64,000 nucleotides of DNA, from positions 18,252 through 82,251 of the forward strand of contig CAZLZR010000013.1 in assembly GCA_964564015.1 (NCBI GenBank). Direction: 5' to 3'. Positions 29,728-39,230 of the stretch are shown in pieces. This stretch comes from an uncultured Acetivibrio sp. (GTDB lineage Bacteria; Bacillota; Clostridia; Acetivibrionales; Acetivibrionaceae). The notes under the pieces were generated by a model. It had not been told where the DNA came from. It saw nothing but the letters and a program-made list of their open reading frames with translations, and ran no database searches. The first letter of the stretch is position 1, and every line of letters begins with the position of its first letter. A program made the position numbers and the translations under genes.

Positions 29728-31290
29728 ATGCCCGAGGTATTAGCAAAGCTTCAGCAGAGGGTGGAAGAATTTTGGAAGAACCTTGATAAGTCCCAAAAAG
29801 GCAGAATCTATGCAATATCGGCTATACTGATTATAGCAATCACTGCCAGTATAGTGATGCTTACCCGTACTACTTACGTTCCACTTGTGACTATTGAAGA
29901 CTCAAAGGATGCAGCAGAAATAGAAGAAGTGCTGCAGGAAAAGGGCATTAATTACAAGCTGGGTGAAGGAAAAAAGATACTGGTTGATACCAAGGATAAA
30001 AACAAGGCGGAATTTGCGCTGGCATCATCAGGAATAACTTCATCAGGTATGAACTTTGAAGATGCATGGAACCTTGTGAATATAACGTCTACCGAAAGTG
30101 ATAAAAAACACCTTTGGCAGAATTTTAAAAAGAATAGTCTTATTGCAAAACTAAAAATGTTTGACAATGTCCGGGATGCGGATGTTGAATTGACGTTTCC
30201 GGAAAATTCGTTGTTTTTTGAACCATCTTCAAGTGATAAAGCTACTGCCTTTGTAAGAATTGACCCCAAGGGTGAAATCTCAGCAGAACAGGTAAAGGGC
30301 ATTGTTAGCGTTGTTTCGGCATCAATTGAAGGTCTTGAACCCAGTAATGTCACTGTTGTCGACAATAATTTCAATATCTTGAGTACTGAAATATCAAATA
30401 GCATAGGCGATACATCAACACAATACAAGATGAAGTTAAAAGTCAAGGAAGAGCTTGAGAGAAATATAAAGGTACTGTATCCGAACAAATCATCGAGTTT
30501 TGATTATATAAGTGTTGTAGTAAACCCGGTATTGGAGTTTGATAAGCAAAAGTCTACAAAAAAGGAAGTGTTAAAACCTACTGACATTGACGAGGCAGTA
30601 GTAAGCAGTCATACGGAAAAGGAAGAACTGGTAAACGGTACTACGGGCGGAGTTCCCGGTACGGACACTAATCCTGGAGACGGAACTACTACATACCCGA
30701 TAGAAGCAGGGGATAACTCCACTTATAAAAAGACAACTACTGATATAAACAGAGAGTTTAATGAAATAATGACAGAAATGGAAAAAGCACAGGGAACGGT
30801 AAATTTTGAACAGTCTTCTGTTGCAGTGACACTCTGGTATGGGCAAAGGGTGGCAGATGACAGTGCAATTACGCCAGAGTTTCTTTCGCAGTGTCAGCAG
30901 GTAATAAGTGGCGCAACAAACATACCGGTTTCAAAGATATCCATAAATAAATATAAACTTGCTCCGGAAGAAGTTTATGAAGAACCATTGTCTGATAAGA
31001 TTCAGGAATATATAGATAATTATGGCTATTTTGCTTTGATGCTTACATTAATAATAGGTCTTTTGATTGCAGTGATACCAAGAAAGAAAAAAGAATCTTC
31101 GGAAGAAAGTTTATCCCCGGAACTCGCTGCAAACGGGCCGCAGTTTATTGTTCCTGAAGAAGAACCTTTAGCAGAAATCAGTTTTGAAGAAAGGTCAGAA
31201 GTCAAGAAGCAGATTGAGAAATTTGTTAAAGAAAAACCTGAATCGGTTGCTCAGCTATTAAGAAACTGGCTGTCGGATGACTGGGATTAA
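29728..31290 (+). CDS. fliF: Flagellar MS-ring protein FliF
   Basis: About 520 aa with N-terminal TM, a YscJ/FliF-type periplasmic domain, second TM (YFALMLTLIIGLLIAVI) and a charged C-terminal FliG-binding tail. Start at the ATG after ggaaggtgg. Confidence 0.93.
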   Translation: MPEVLAKLQQRVEEFWKNLDKSQKGRIYAISAILIIAITASIVMLTRTTYVPLVTIEDSKDAAEIEEVLQEKGINYKLGEGKKILVDTKDKNKAEFALASSGITSSGMNFEDAWNLVNITSTESDKKHLWQNFKKNSLIAKLKMFDNVRDADVELTFPENSLFFEPSSSDKATAFVRIDPKGEISAEQVKGIVSVVSASIEGLEPSNVTVVDNNFNILSTEISNSIGDTSTQYKMKLKVKEELERNIKVLYPNKSSSFDYISVVVNPVLEFDKQKSTKKEVLKPTDIDEAVVSSHTEKEELVNGTTGGVPGTDTNPGDGTTTYPIEAGDNSTYKKTTTDINREFNEIMTEMEKAQGTVNFEQSSVAVTLWYGQRVADDSAITPEFLSQCQQVISGATNIPVSKISINKYKLAPEEVYEEPLSDKIQEYIDNYGYFALMLTLIIGLLIAVIPRKKKESSEESLSPELAANGPQFIVPEEEPLAEISFEERSEVKKQIEKFVKEKPESVAQLLRNWLSDDWD

Positions 31291-31331
31291 TCACGTTTAT
31301 ATAAAGATTCCAAAAGATAGGGGGGTAAGCA

Positions 31332-32357
31332 GTGTCGAGAAGTGCAAGCGGATTTAAATCAGATATTACAGGCAAAGAAAAAGCTGCAATGCTGCTTATT
31401 GCGTTAGGCCCTGAAAAATCGGCCGAAATATTTAAACATCTTAAAGACGAAGAAATAGAACAGCTTACTCTGGAAATTGCCAATATAAGGACAGTAACTT
31501 CTGAAGAAAAGGAAAAAGTTCTGGAAGAATTCTATCAGATATGTCTTGCTCAGGATTACATAGCTGAGGGAGGTATTGCCTACGCTAAGGAGATACTCGA
31601 GAAGGCATTGGGCACCCAGAAAGCTCTCGATGTGCTGAATAAACTTACAGTTTCATTACAGGTCAGACCTTTTGACTTTGTTAGAAAAGCGGATCCTTCA
31701 CAGCTTTTGAACTTTATTCAGAATGAGCACCCTCAGACTATAGCCTTGATTTTGGCATATTTAAAGCCACAGCAATCTTCCATCGTATTATCTGCGCTTC
31801 CTCAGGAAAAGCAGGCCGATGTGGCAAGAAGAATTGCAACGATGGACAGGACTTCACCGGAAGTTATAAAAGAGGTTGAAAGGGTATTGGAAAAGAAATT
31901 GTCCGCACTTGTAACCGAAGACTTTACTGCAGCTGGTGGTGTTCAGTCAATTGTCGATATATTGAACAGTGTTGACAGAGGAACCGAGAAGTATATCATG
32001 GAAACGCTTGAAATTGAAGATACTGACCTTGCAGAGGAAATTAAGAAAAGGATGTTTGTTTTCGAAGATATCCTTTCCCTCGACAACCGTTCCATACAGA
32101 GGTTCCTGCGTGAAGTTGATAATGGTCAGATGGCTATTGCACTTAAAGGAAGTACGGAAGAAGTACAGAATAAGATTTATGCCAATATGTCCAAACGTAT
32201 GCAGGAAATGATAAAAGAGGACATCGATTTTATGGGACCTGTCAGACTTAAGGATGTTGAAGAATCTCAGCAGAAGATTGTTAATATAATCAGGAAGCTT
32301 GAGGATGCAGGTGAAATAGTAATCTCTAGAGGTGGGGGAGATGAAATAATTGTATAA
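31332..32357 (+). CDS. fliG: Flagellar motor switch protein FliG
   Basis: GKEKAAMLLIALGPEKSAEIFKHL N-terminus, middle-domain EHPQTIALILAYL, C-terminal torque-helix region RMFVFEDI...MSKRMQEMIKEDI. Confidence 0.95.
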   Translation: MSRSASGFKSDITGKEKAAMLLIALGPEKSAEIFKHLKDEEIEQLTLEIANIRTVTSEEKEKVLEEFYQICLAQDYIAEGGIAYAKEILEKALGTQKALDVLNKLTVSLQVRPFDFVRKADPSQLLNFIQNEHPQTIALILAYLKPQQSSIVLSALPQEKQADVARRIATMDRTSPEVIKEVERVLEKKLSALVTEDFTAAGGVQSIVDILNSVDRGTEKYIMETLEIEDTDLAEEIKKRMFVFEDILSLDNRSIQRFLREVDNGQMAIALKGSTEEVQNKIYANMSKRMQEMIKEDIDFMGPVRLKDVEESQQKIVNIIRKLEDAGEIVISRGGGDEIIV

Positions 32358-33129
32358 CAAAGTATATAAAAGTGAGCAGATAAATGTTGGTATTCCAGTT
32401 CAGATAAGGCCAAATATTACTTTTCAGACTATAAAGAAGATGCCTTATACATCTGAATTGGAAGAAGACAACGAAGATTCTGAAAAGGATATGGAAAATC
32501 AGGAAGATGTGAAAATAACTTCTGAAGATATTATCAGGAAAGCAAATGAGGAAGCAGAAGTGATAATTAAAGAAGCTGAACTTGAAGCTCAAAGGATGCT
32601 TGAAGCAGCAGAAAATGAGGCTATTGACAGGAAGCAGTCAATAGAAGATGAAGCAAGACAGAAAGGCTTTGAGACAGGATATGAAGAAGCAAAAAGGCAG
32701 TATGAGGATTTGCTTTCGGAAGCAGAGTTTATCAGAGAACATGCAAATTTGGAATACAATGAGGTTATGGCTGGGATTGAAAAAGATGCTTTAGAAATAA
32801 TAATGCATGTAGTCAGGAAAGTAATTGGGTCAGAAGTAACACTAAACAAGGAAAATATTCTTATTTTGGTAAGGCAGGCATTGGAAAAGTGTTCAAACAG
32901 AGAAGATATAACAATAAAAGTATCGCCTCAGGATTATGATTTTCTTGTGGATAACAAGGAAAGGTTGCTTTCCATGGTAGAAGGCATAGGTGATCTTGAC
33001 TTAAAAAGGGATCCAGCGTTAAAATCAGGTGCTTGTTTGATTGAAACTCCCTATGGGAGTATAGATGCAGGCGTTGGAACAAAACTTAAGAAAATAGAAG
33101 AAGCTTTTCTGAAGTTAGTTGGAAAATAA
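32350..33129 (+). CDS. fliH: Flagellar assembly protein FliH
   Basis: Glu-rich coiled-coil N-terminal half and a FliH/YscL-type C-terminal domain. TTG start overlaps the fliG stop. Position between fliG and fliI. Confidence 0.8.
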   Translation: MYNKVYKSEQINVGIPVQIRPNITFQTIKKMPYTSELEEDNEDSEKDMENQEDVKITSEDIIRKANEEAEVIIKEAELEAQRMLEAAENEAIDRKQSIEDEARQKGFETGYEEAKRQYEDLLSEAEFIREHANLEYNEVMAGIEKDALEIIMHVVRKVIGSEVTLNKENILILVRQALEKCSNREDITIKVSPQDYDFLVDNKERLLSMVEGIGDLDLKRDPALKSGACLIETPYGSIDAGVGTKLKKIEEAFLKLVGK

Positions 33130-33153
33130 ACAACCTGTGGCATAGGCCACATT

Positions 33154-33277
33154 TTTTGTATTAAGGATTTTGTATTAAGGTATTTGCGAAGCAAATAACC
33201 TAAAATCGAAGGGGCTAGATGCCCCAAGATTTTGTATTGAGGGATTTGCGAAGCAAATGACCTAAAATCAATGGGGG
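33154..33277 (+). repeat. Tandem duplication in the fliH-fliI spacer (partial copy 33154-33167; copy A 33168-33214; copy B 33230-33277)
   Basis: Copies A and B match at 42 of 47 positions by hand alignment. Each contains the hairpin atttgc-gaa-gcaaat and ends in a G-run. Copy B supplies the fliI RBS. Confidence 0.8.
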
Positions 33278-33283
33278 ATTAAT

Positions 33284-34600
33284 ATGATAAACATTGACTT
33301 TAACAAGTATAAGGAAATTCTCACAAAATCGGATTTTATCGAATATAACGGCAAAGTATCCAAAATTGTTGGTCTTACCATTGAATCTAATGGACCTGAG
33401 GTTAATATGGGTGAGGTATGTGAAATTCATGCCTTAAAGGATAAAAGTGTAATTAAAGCTGAAGTAGTTGGATTTAAGGACAATAAAGTAATACTGATGC
33501 CCCTTGGAGATATGACAGGGATTGGGCCTGGAAGTACTGTAGTGGCTACAGGTGAATACCTGAGTGCCGCTGTAGGTATGGGAATGGTAGGCAGAGTAAT
33601 AGATGGTCTTGGCAATCCGATAGACGACAAGGGTGATATCAAGCCGGAGTCTTTTTACCCTGTAAACAATGATCCTCCGCATCCTTTAATGAGAAACCGC
33701 ATAGCTCATCCACTTCCGCTTGGGGTTAAGACAATAGATGGCTTGCTCACTATTGGTAAAGGGCAAAGGGTTGGTATATTTGCGGGAAGTGGTGTTGGAA
33801 AAAGTACGTTGATGGGTATGATAGCAAGAAATACAAAGGCTGATATAAATGTAATTGCGCTGATAGGAGAACGAGGAAGGGAAGTCAGGGAATTTATTGA
33901 GAAAGACCTTATGGAAGAAGGTTTGAGCAGATCTGTTGTTGTGGTGGCGACCTCAGATCAGCCTGCACTGGTGAGGCTTAAAGGTGCGTTTATTGCTACA
34001 GCTATAGCTGAGTACTTCAGGGATCAGGGAAAAGATGTTCTTTTACTTATGGATTCTCTGACAAGGTTTGCTATGGCACAACGTGAGATTGGATTGGCGG
34101 TTGGTGAACCTCCCGTATCCAGGGGATATACACCTTCTGTGTTTTCATCAATGCCGAGATTGCTTGAAAGAGCTGGGAATTCTCAATCAGGTTCAATCAC
34201 AGGGCTGTACACCGTTCTGGTGGATGGGGATGATCTGACAGAACCGGTAACCGATACTGCGAGAGGAATTTTAGATGGACACATTGTATTATCGCGAGCC
34301 CTTGCAAATAGGAATCAGTATCCTGCAATAGACGTGTTGGCAAGCGTAAGCAGGGTTATGTCAGATATAGTGTCAGATGAACATAAGAAAATTGCCAACC
34401 AGATGAAGAAGGTTATGGCAATCCACAGGGATGCCGAAGACCTGATTAATATTGGTGCTTATGTAAAGGGCAGCAATGAGAAAATTGACCATGCCATAGC
34501 TCATATAGACAGGATACTTGGATTTATAGAACAGGGGACCCACGATAAATACAATTTTGATGAGGTTGTTGAACTTCTTGGAAATATTTTTGTAAATTGA
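33284..34600 (+). CDS. fliI: Flagellum-specific export ATPase FliI
   Basis: Walker A GSGVGKST, Walker B VLLLMDSLTRFA, F1/T3SS ATPase family features. Confidence 0.97.
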   Translation: MINIDFNKYKEILTKSDFIEYNGKVSKIVGLTIESNGPEVNMGEVCEIHALKDKSVIKAEVVGFKDNKVILMPLGDMTGIGPGSTVVATGEYLSAAVGMGMVGRVIDGLGNPIDDKGDIKPESFYPVNNDPPHPLMRNRIAHPLPLGVKTIDGLLTIGKGQRVGIFAGSGVGKSTLMGMIARNTKADINVIALIGERGREVREFIEKDLMEEGLSRSVVVVATSDQPALVRLKGAFIATAIAEYFRDQGKDVLLLMDSLTRFAMAQREIGLAVGEPPVSRGYTPSVFSSMPRLLERAGNSQSGSITGLYTVLVDGDDLTEPVTDTARGILDGHIVLSRALANRNQYPAIDVLASVSRVMSDIVSDEHKKIANQMKKVMAIHRDAEDLINIGAYVKGSNEKIDHAIAHIDRILGFIEQGTHDKYNFDEVVELLGNIFVN

Positions 34601-34659
34601 GAGAATAGTGGGTTTCTTCTCAAATAAAGTACTTTAGTGAAAGCTGTGGGTGATTTTGT

Positions 34660-35103
34660 TTGGGTAAGTTCGTTTTTAAACTTCAGGCCGTTCTCAATTT
34701 GAAAAAACAAATCGAAAGCAATATGAAAAATGAGTTGGGAAAAGCTGTCCAGGAGTTGGAACGGCAAAAAAACATTCTTAAAGAAATTGAAGCAGAGAGA
34801 GATGAATATATCAGAGAAATAAACAGCAAATCCAGTTCGGGTATATCTGTTGGATTGTTAAAGGAATACAATTCATATATTTCGCTGCTGAAGGACAGGA
34901 TGAAGCTTCAGATAAAAAATATAAGGTATGCACAAGAAATTGTCGATAAGTGTAGAGAACAACTTATTACAGCCGTACAGGAAAGAAAAATGATGGAAAA
35001 ACTCAGGGAAAAGAAATATGAAGAACATGTTAAGGGACAGCAGAAAATGGAACAAAAGGTTATTGATGAGATTGCAAGCTTTAATTATAAAGTATCAGAA
35101 TAG
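34660..35103 (+). CDS. fliJ: Flagellar export chaperone FliJ
   Basis: 147-aa coiled-coil protein with N-terminal KFVFKLQAVLNLKKQIE motif. TTG start. Position after fliI. Confidence 0.85.
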   Translation: MGKFVFKLQAVLNLKKQIESNMKNELGKAVQELERQKNILKEIEAERDEYIREINSKSSSGISVGLLKEYNSYISLLKDRMKLQIKNIRYAQEIVDKCREQLITAVQERKMMEKLREKKYEEHVKGQQKMEQKVIDEIASFNYKVSE

Positions 35104-35150
35104 TCGGCAATAACGAAAAATAACATTTAATATTACAGGAGATATAAAAA

Positions 35151-35975
35151 ATGGCAAAAGATAAGAATGAAGAGATTTTACAGAGTTCCAAAACCAGGGG
35201 AAGCGAAGAGAACCTACAAAAGGATAAAAAAAAGGGTGGTTTGTTATTTGCGATACTTGTTTTGGTTTCTGCACTGGCTGTTATAGCCGCTGTAGTAGGT
35301 GGGACTTTTTATCTTATTATTCACAATAATGTCAACGGCTTGGCTGACAAGTATGGAGAAAATATAAGGAATATACCCCTTCTGAACCGTGCGCTTCCGG
35401 AGAAACCTGATCCTGATGATCCGGAGAATTTTGATAAAAGCAAATTACTAAGTTTGTATAAGCAATATAAAACAAAAAATGAAGAACTTACAAAACAGAT
35501 GGAAGAAATAAAAAAGCAGAATGAAGAGCTTGCAAAATATAAGACAGAAGCTGATAAATTTACTGCTGAGAATCAAAAAATAAAGGCTGAAACAGAAAAA
35601 GAAAAGGCTGAAATGGAAGAGTATAAGAAAAAAGTTGATGAACTTGTTGCAACCGGAAATAAAGAAGGTTTTGCAGATTATTTCGTTAAGGTTAACGGCG
35701 AAACTGCCGAAAAAATATATAAGGCAGTAATTGAAGAACAAAAAGCAGATGAAGCAGCTAAACAATTTGCCCAGTTATATGAAAAAGTGGATACAGGTTC
35801 CTGTGCAAAGATTTTTGAAGGGCTTGGAGAAACAAAACTTGATTTGATATCCTATACTTTAAAAAATATGAAGAAGGATGTAGCAGCAGAGATTCTGGCA
35901 GAAATGAGCGAGGGATTTGCAACTAAAGTAACAGAAAAACTCGCAAAAGATTATGGAATTGTTCTTCCAAAATGA
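35151..35975 (+). CDS. Flagellar-operon protein with TM anchor, coiled coil and C-terminal MgtE-intracellular-N-like domain (B. subtilis YlxF-like)
   Basis: N-terminal TM (LLFAILVLVSALAVIAAVVGG), Lys/Glu coiled coil, C-terminal AKIFEGLGETKLDLISYTLKNMKKDVAAEILAEM. Same position as ylxF in Bacillus. Confidence 0.75.
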   Translation: MAKDKNEEILQSSKTRGSEENLQKDKKKGGLLFAILVLVSALAVIAAVVGGTFYLIIHNNVNGLADKYGENIRNIPLLNRALPEKPDPDDPENFDKSKLLSLYKQYKTKNEELTKQMEEIKKQNEELAKYKTEADKFTAENQKIKAETEKEKAEMEEYKKKVDELVATGNKEGFADYFVKVNGETAEKIYKAVIEEQKADEAAKQFAQLYEKVDTGSCAKIFEGLGETKLDLISYTLKNMKKDVAAEILAEMSEGFATKVTEKLAKDYGIVLPK

Positions 35976-36005
35976 TTTAGGCAAAATCAAATAAACTCAG
36001 CAACT

Positions 36006-36082
36006 GGAGTTTCAAAAAACTTGATTTGATGGGCTTTGCACTTGAAACATTGAATATGTATTTTATTGAAACTCCCTTTTTG
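36006..36082 (+). promoter_or_regulatory. Terminator-like long-range hairpin with an alternative inner pairing (possible attenuator) upstream of fliK
   Basis: ggagtttcaa (36006-36015) pairs with ttgaaactcc (36066-36075), followed by cttttt. The same 5' arm (gtttcaa) can alternatively pair with ttgaaac at 36042-36048. Confidence 0.35.
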
Positions 36083-36124
36083 CTTAAAAAGTTTCTATAT
36101 ATCAAAAAAAGGAGGTGAGAAAAC

Positions 36125-37744
36125 ATGGTAACACAGAGCTTTATTGTAGGTTTTCTTGGGAAAACTTCTGCAAATTCAGCGGATACAAAGAAAAAGGAGA
36201 CAATAAATTCAGATTCATATCCTAGTTTTATTGATTCTCTGAACTCAACGCTTGAAAAGAACCTTGCCGGAAAAAGCAGCAGGAAAGTTCAAAGGAGTGC
36301 TGACGCAATTGTTGGCGTGAGAACTGATAAGCAAAATGTTAAACCCGCCGAATCAAATTCAGTGACAGATAGGTCAGAAAGTGGAAGCGAAATAAAGAGC
36401 TATAAGGATGCGGTAAAAGAAAACAAGCAGCTGACAGAAACAAAGAATGTAAAAAGCTCGGAAGACAAGACTGCTGATAAAAATGAAAGTGTTGAAAAGA
36501 CATCGGAACAGGGAACTGAAAGACTTGAAAAAACGCTTATAGAAGAGAGCCTGGCTCAGATACTCAATATTAGTGTTGAAGAACTTAAGAAAATAATGAG
36601 TACGCTTAGTATTAGTTCTGAGGAATTGGGTGATGCTTCAAAAACAGCTGAAATTGCCGGAAAAATATCCGATATGTTTGGGCTGAACAGCGAGCAAAAA
36701 GCAACATTGATAAAAATAACAGAATTTACATTAAAAGAATCAAAGGGTATGGTTCATAAGTTGGAAACCCAAGAAAATGCGAAGGTAGAGGACACCAATA
36801 AAGAAGGCTGGGTAAAACTTGAAGGTATTGATATTGAAGTGGTTGAGACTGACAAAAAGAATAAGCTTCAGGATGTGGAAGTATTTGCAGGCAAGCTTAG
36901 GGAAGTACTAGATAAACTGAGAGACAAACTTGAGAACGAACCGGAAAAGCTCATTGAGGAAATCACTCACACGGTTGAAGAATTGTCTGCAAATGAGGTA
37001 AAGCCAGCAAATGGAAAGAGTGCAATAAAAACCGAGACCGATAAGGAACTAAACCTGTCACCTATGGATGAAAAAGCCGTAAAAACTTCTCAGGATACGG
37101 GTAAACAGGAAGAAAACAAAGAGGAATTATTGAGCGACAAAGAAACAGAGACGATGAATTTTCCAAAGGTTGAAACAGCCAATTCTCTTGAGGCTAATAC
37201 CGAAGGAGTAGATCAAAACCAGTTCAATAATATTTTGAACAATCAGCAAATCAAAACCGATGCTGCAACTGAGGTATCAGAAGTAAAAAGTGAAGTTGCT
37301 GTTTCAAAAAAGGAAATAATCAGCCAGATTGTAGAAAAGGCAAAGGTTATTTTAACAGATGAAAAGAGTGAAATGGTAATTGATCTAAAGCCCGACCACC
37401 TTGGAAAACTTTCTCTTAAGGTTGTAACAGAAAGGGGTTCTGTAGTCGCAAAGTTTGTTGCAGAAAACGAACAGGTAAAGGCGGCTATAGAGTCAAACAT
37501 GGATAACCTGAAGGAGTCACTCACAAAACAAGGTTTTTCAGTCCAGGGATTTAGCGTATCGGTTGGACAGGAGTCCAAAAAAGGCTTTAATGAAAGTAAT
37601 GTGTTTTCAAAGAACAATAACAAACCGAATAAGGGTGAAAAAGTAGTGACTGCGACAGTGGGAGGAGTTTCTGTTATAGAGGAAGAGCAGCACAGACTGA
37701 ATCCTTATATGGTGAATAACTCCAGTATTGATTTAACTGCATAG
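36125..37744 (+). CDS. fliK: Flagellar hook-length control protein FliK
   Basis: 539 aa with a low-complexity Ser/Glu/Lys-rich N-terminal ruler and the conserved C-terminal Flg_hook domain (LKPDHLGKLSLKVVTERGSVVAKFVAENEQVKAAIESNMDNLKESLTKQG). Confidence 0.9.
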   Translation: MVTQSFIVGFLGKTSANSADTKKKETINSDSYPSFIDSLNSTLEKNLAGKSSRKVQRSADAIVGVRTDKQNVKPAESNSVTDRSESGSEIKSYKDAVKENKQLTETKNVKSSEDKTADKNESVEKTSEQGTERLEKTLIEESLAQILNISVEELKKIMSTLSISSEELGDASKTAEIAGKISDMFGLNSEQKATLIKITEFTLKESKGMVHKLETQENAKVEDTNKEGWVKLEGIDIEVVETDKKNKLQDVEVFAGKLREVLDKLRDKLENEPEKLIEEITHTVEELSANEVKPANGKSAIKTETDKELNLSPMDEKAVKTSQDTGKQEENKEELLSDKETETMNFPKVETANSLEANTEGVDQNQFNNILNNQQIKTDAATEVSEVKSEVAVSKKEIISQIVEKAKVILTDEKSEMVIDLKPDHLGKLSLKVVTERGSVVAKFVAENEQVKAAIESNMDNLKESLTKQGFSVQGFSVSVGQESKKGFNESNVFSKNNNKPNKGEKVVTATVGGVSVIEEEQHRLNPYMVNNSSIDLTA

Positions 37745-37783
37745 GTAGCAGAAAAAATAACGAGAGAAGGAGGTTGGAAAACT

Positions 37784-38683
37784 TTGGGTGTAAGTTCAGT
37801 TGGTAATCAAAAGACAATACAGCAAATAATTGATGAAACTTCAGCTCCAAAAACATCTCAGAGGAATACTGGTGAGCTTGGCAAAGATGAATTTTTAAGT
37901 CTATTAATCACTCAGCTTCAATACCAGGATCCGCTCAATCCTCAGGAAGATAAGGAGTTTATTGCACAGATGGCACAGTTCAGTGCATTGGAGCAAATGC
38001 AGAATCTAAATTCCAGCTACTCTGCCACACAGGCATTTGCTTTGATTGGAAAGACAATTTCTGCTAACCTTAAGGAGGATGGATCAAGCACCACCAATTT
38101 GATACAGGGTGAAGTTACCAGTGTGAGAATGCAGGGTGGTAAGGCATTTGTGGTTGTAAACAATCAGGATATTCCTCTGGAAAATGTGCAGGAAATTAAC
38201 AATGGATATATCACGCTTAATGATTCAAATTTATCCGAGTATACCGGACTTATAGGATATGATTGCAGCGGCTATGTATATGACGCATATACGGGAGAGA
38301 TCATCAAAGTCAATGGTGTTGTTAAGGAAATATACAAAGGCGCATATGAAAATTATGCTGTGATGGACGGGGTAAATGTAAACGTAGCAGCAATAGACAG
38401 TTCCATTGCTTCTGTGGATCGTAATTACAGGAAGACGTATCTTGAAAACAACATAGGTAAGGAAGTGTCACTAATAATATCCGATTCATCAGGGAATGAG
38501 GTTCCGGTAACAGGAATCCTTAAGGATTTCAATGTTTCTGCCGATGGAAAAGTAACAGCTGTACTTGATGGCTTGAAGGCCCCTGTTGACGGAATAACAA
38601 ATATAAGACCGGCAAAGGTTCAAAGCGAACCTGAAGAAAAAAATAAGGCCGAGGAAGAAACTTACGTTGATGAAACTTTATAG
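37784..38683 (+). CDS. flgD: Flagellar hook capping/assembly protein FlgD
   Basis: LGKDEFLSLLITQLQYQDPLNPQEDKEFIAQMAQFSALEQM N-terminal FlgD motif. TTG start after aaggagg. Confidence 0.93.
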   Translation: MGVSSVGNQKTIQQIIDETSAPKTSQRNTGELGKDEFLSLLITQLQYQDPLNPQEDKEFIAQMAQFSALEQMQNLNSSYSATQAFALIGKTISANLKEDGSSTTNLIQGEVTSVRMQGGKAFVVVNNQDIPLENVQEINNGYITLNDSNLSEYTGLIGYDCSGYVYDAYTGEIIKVNGVVKEIYKGAYENYAVMDGVNVNVAAIDSSIASVDRNYRKTYLENNIGKEVSLIISDSSGNEVPVTGILKDFNVSADGKVTAVLDGLKAPVDGITNIRPAKVQSEPEEKNKAEEETYVDETL

Positions 38684-38701
38684 GTTAAGGGGGTGAGACT
38701 T

Positions 38702-39094
38702 ATGATAATTAACAACAATATGTACAACCACCTGAATAAAGTATCCGGAAACGGCCATAACAATCCAACAGTTAACAAGCCGAAGGAAAACAGCAAAAGT
38801 AGCTTTGATGAAATTTTAAAGGGAAAAATCAGTGAAACTTCAGATGTAAAATTCTCAAAGCATGCCCAGATGCGGCTTGATTCAAGAAATATCAAAATTT
38901 CCGATGCTCAAAAGCAAAAGATATCGAGAGCTTTGGACAAAGCAGAGGAAAAAGGCGTAAAAGACTCTCTTGTAATGGTGGATGATATAGCTCTGGTAGT
39001 AAATGTAAGGAACAGGACTGTAATAACTGCAGTAAACAGTAATGAACTTAAGGAAAATGTTTTTACCAATATTGACGGTGCTGTATTTACATAG
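38702..39094 (+). CDS. Small conserved flagellar-operon protein (TIGR02530-type, between flgD and flgE)
   Basis: About 130 aa. The FSKHAQMRLDSRNIKISDAQKQKISRALDKAEEKGVKDSLVMVDDIALVVNVRNRTVITAV pattern is recalled from clostridial/bacillary flagellar operons. Confidence 0.7.
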   Translation: MIINNNMYNHLNKVSGNGHNNPTVNKPKENSKSSFDEILKGKISETSDVKFSKHAQMRLDSRNIKISDAQKQKISRALDKAEEKGVKDSLVMVDDIALVVNVRNRTVITAVNSNELKENVFTNIDGAVFT

Positions 39095-39230
39095 AGTTTA
39101 GTTTGTAAATTATGTAAAGCAGCCGATATACTATGATGAAGTAAAATAAAGTAGCCGGACCCTTTCGGGAGGCTACCTATTCCGGAATGACAGAAGGAAT
39201 AGAACAAAACTGAAGGAGGTCGATAGATTT

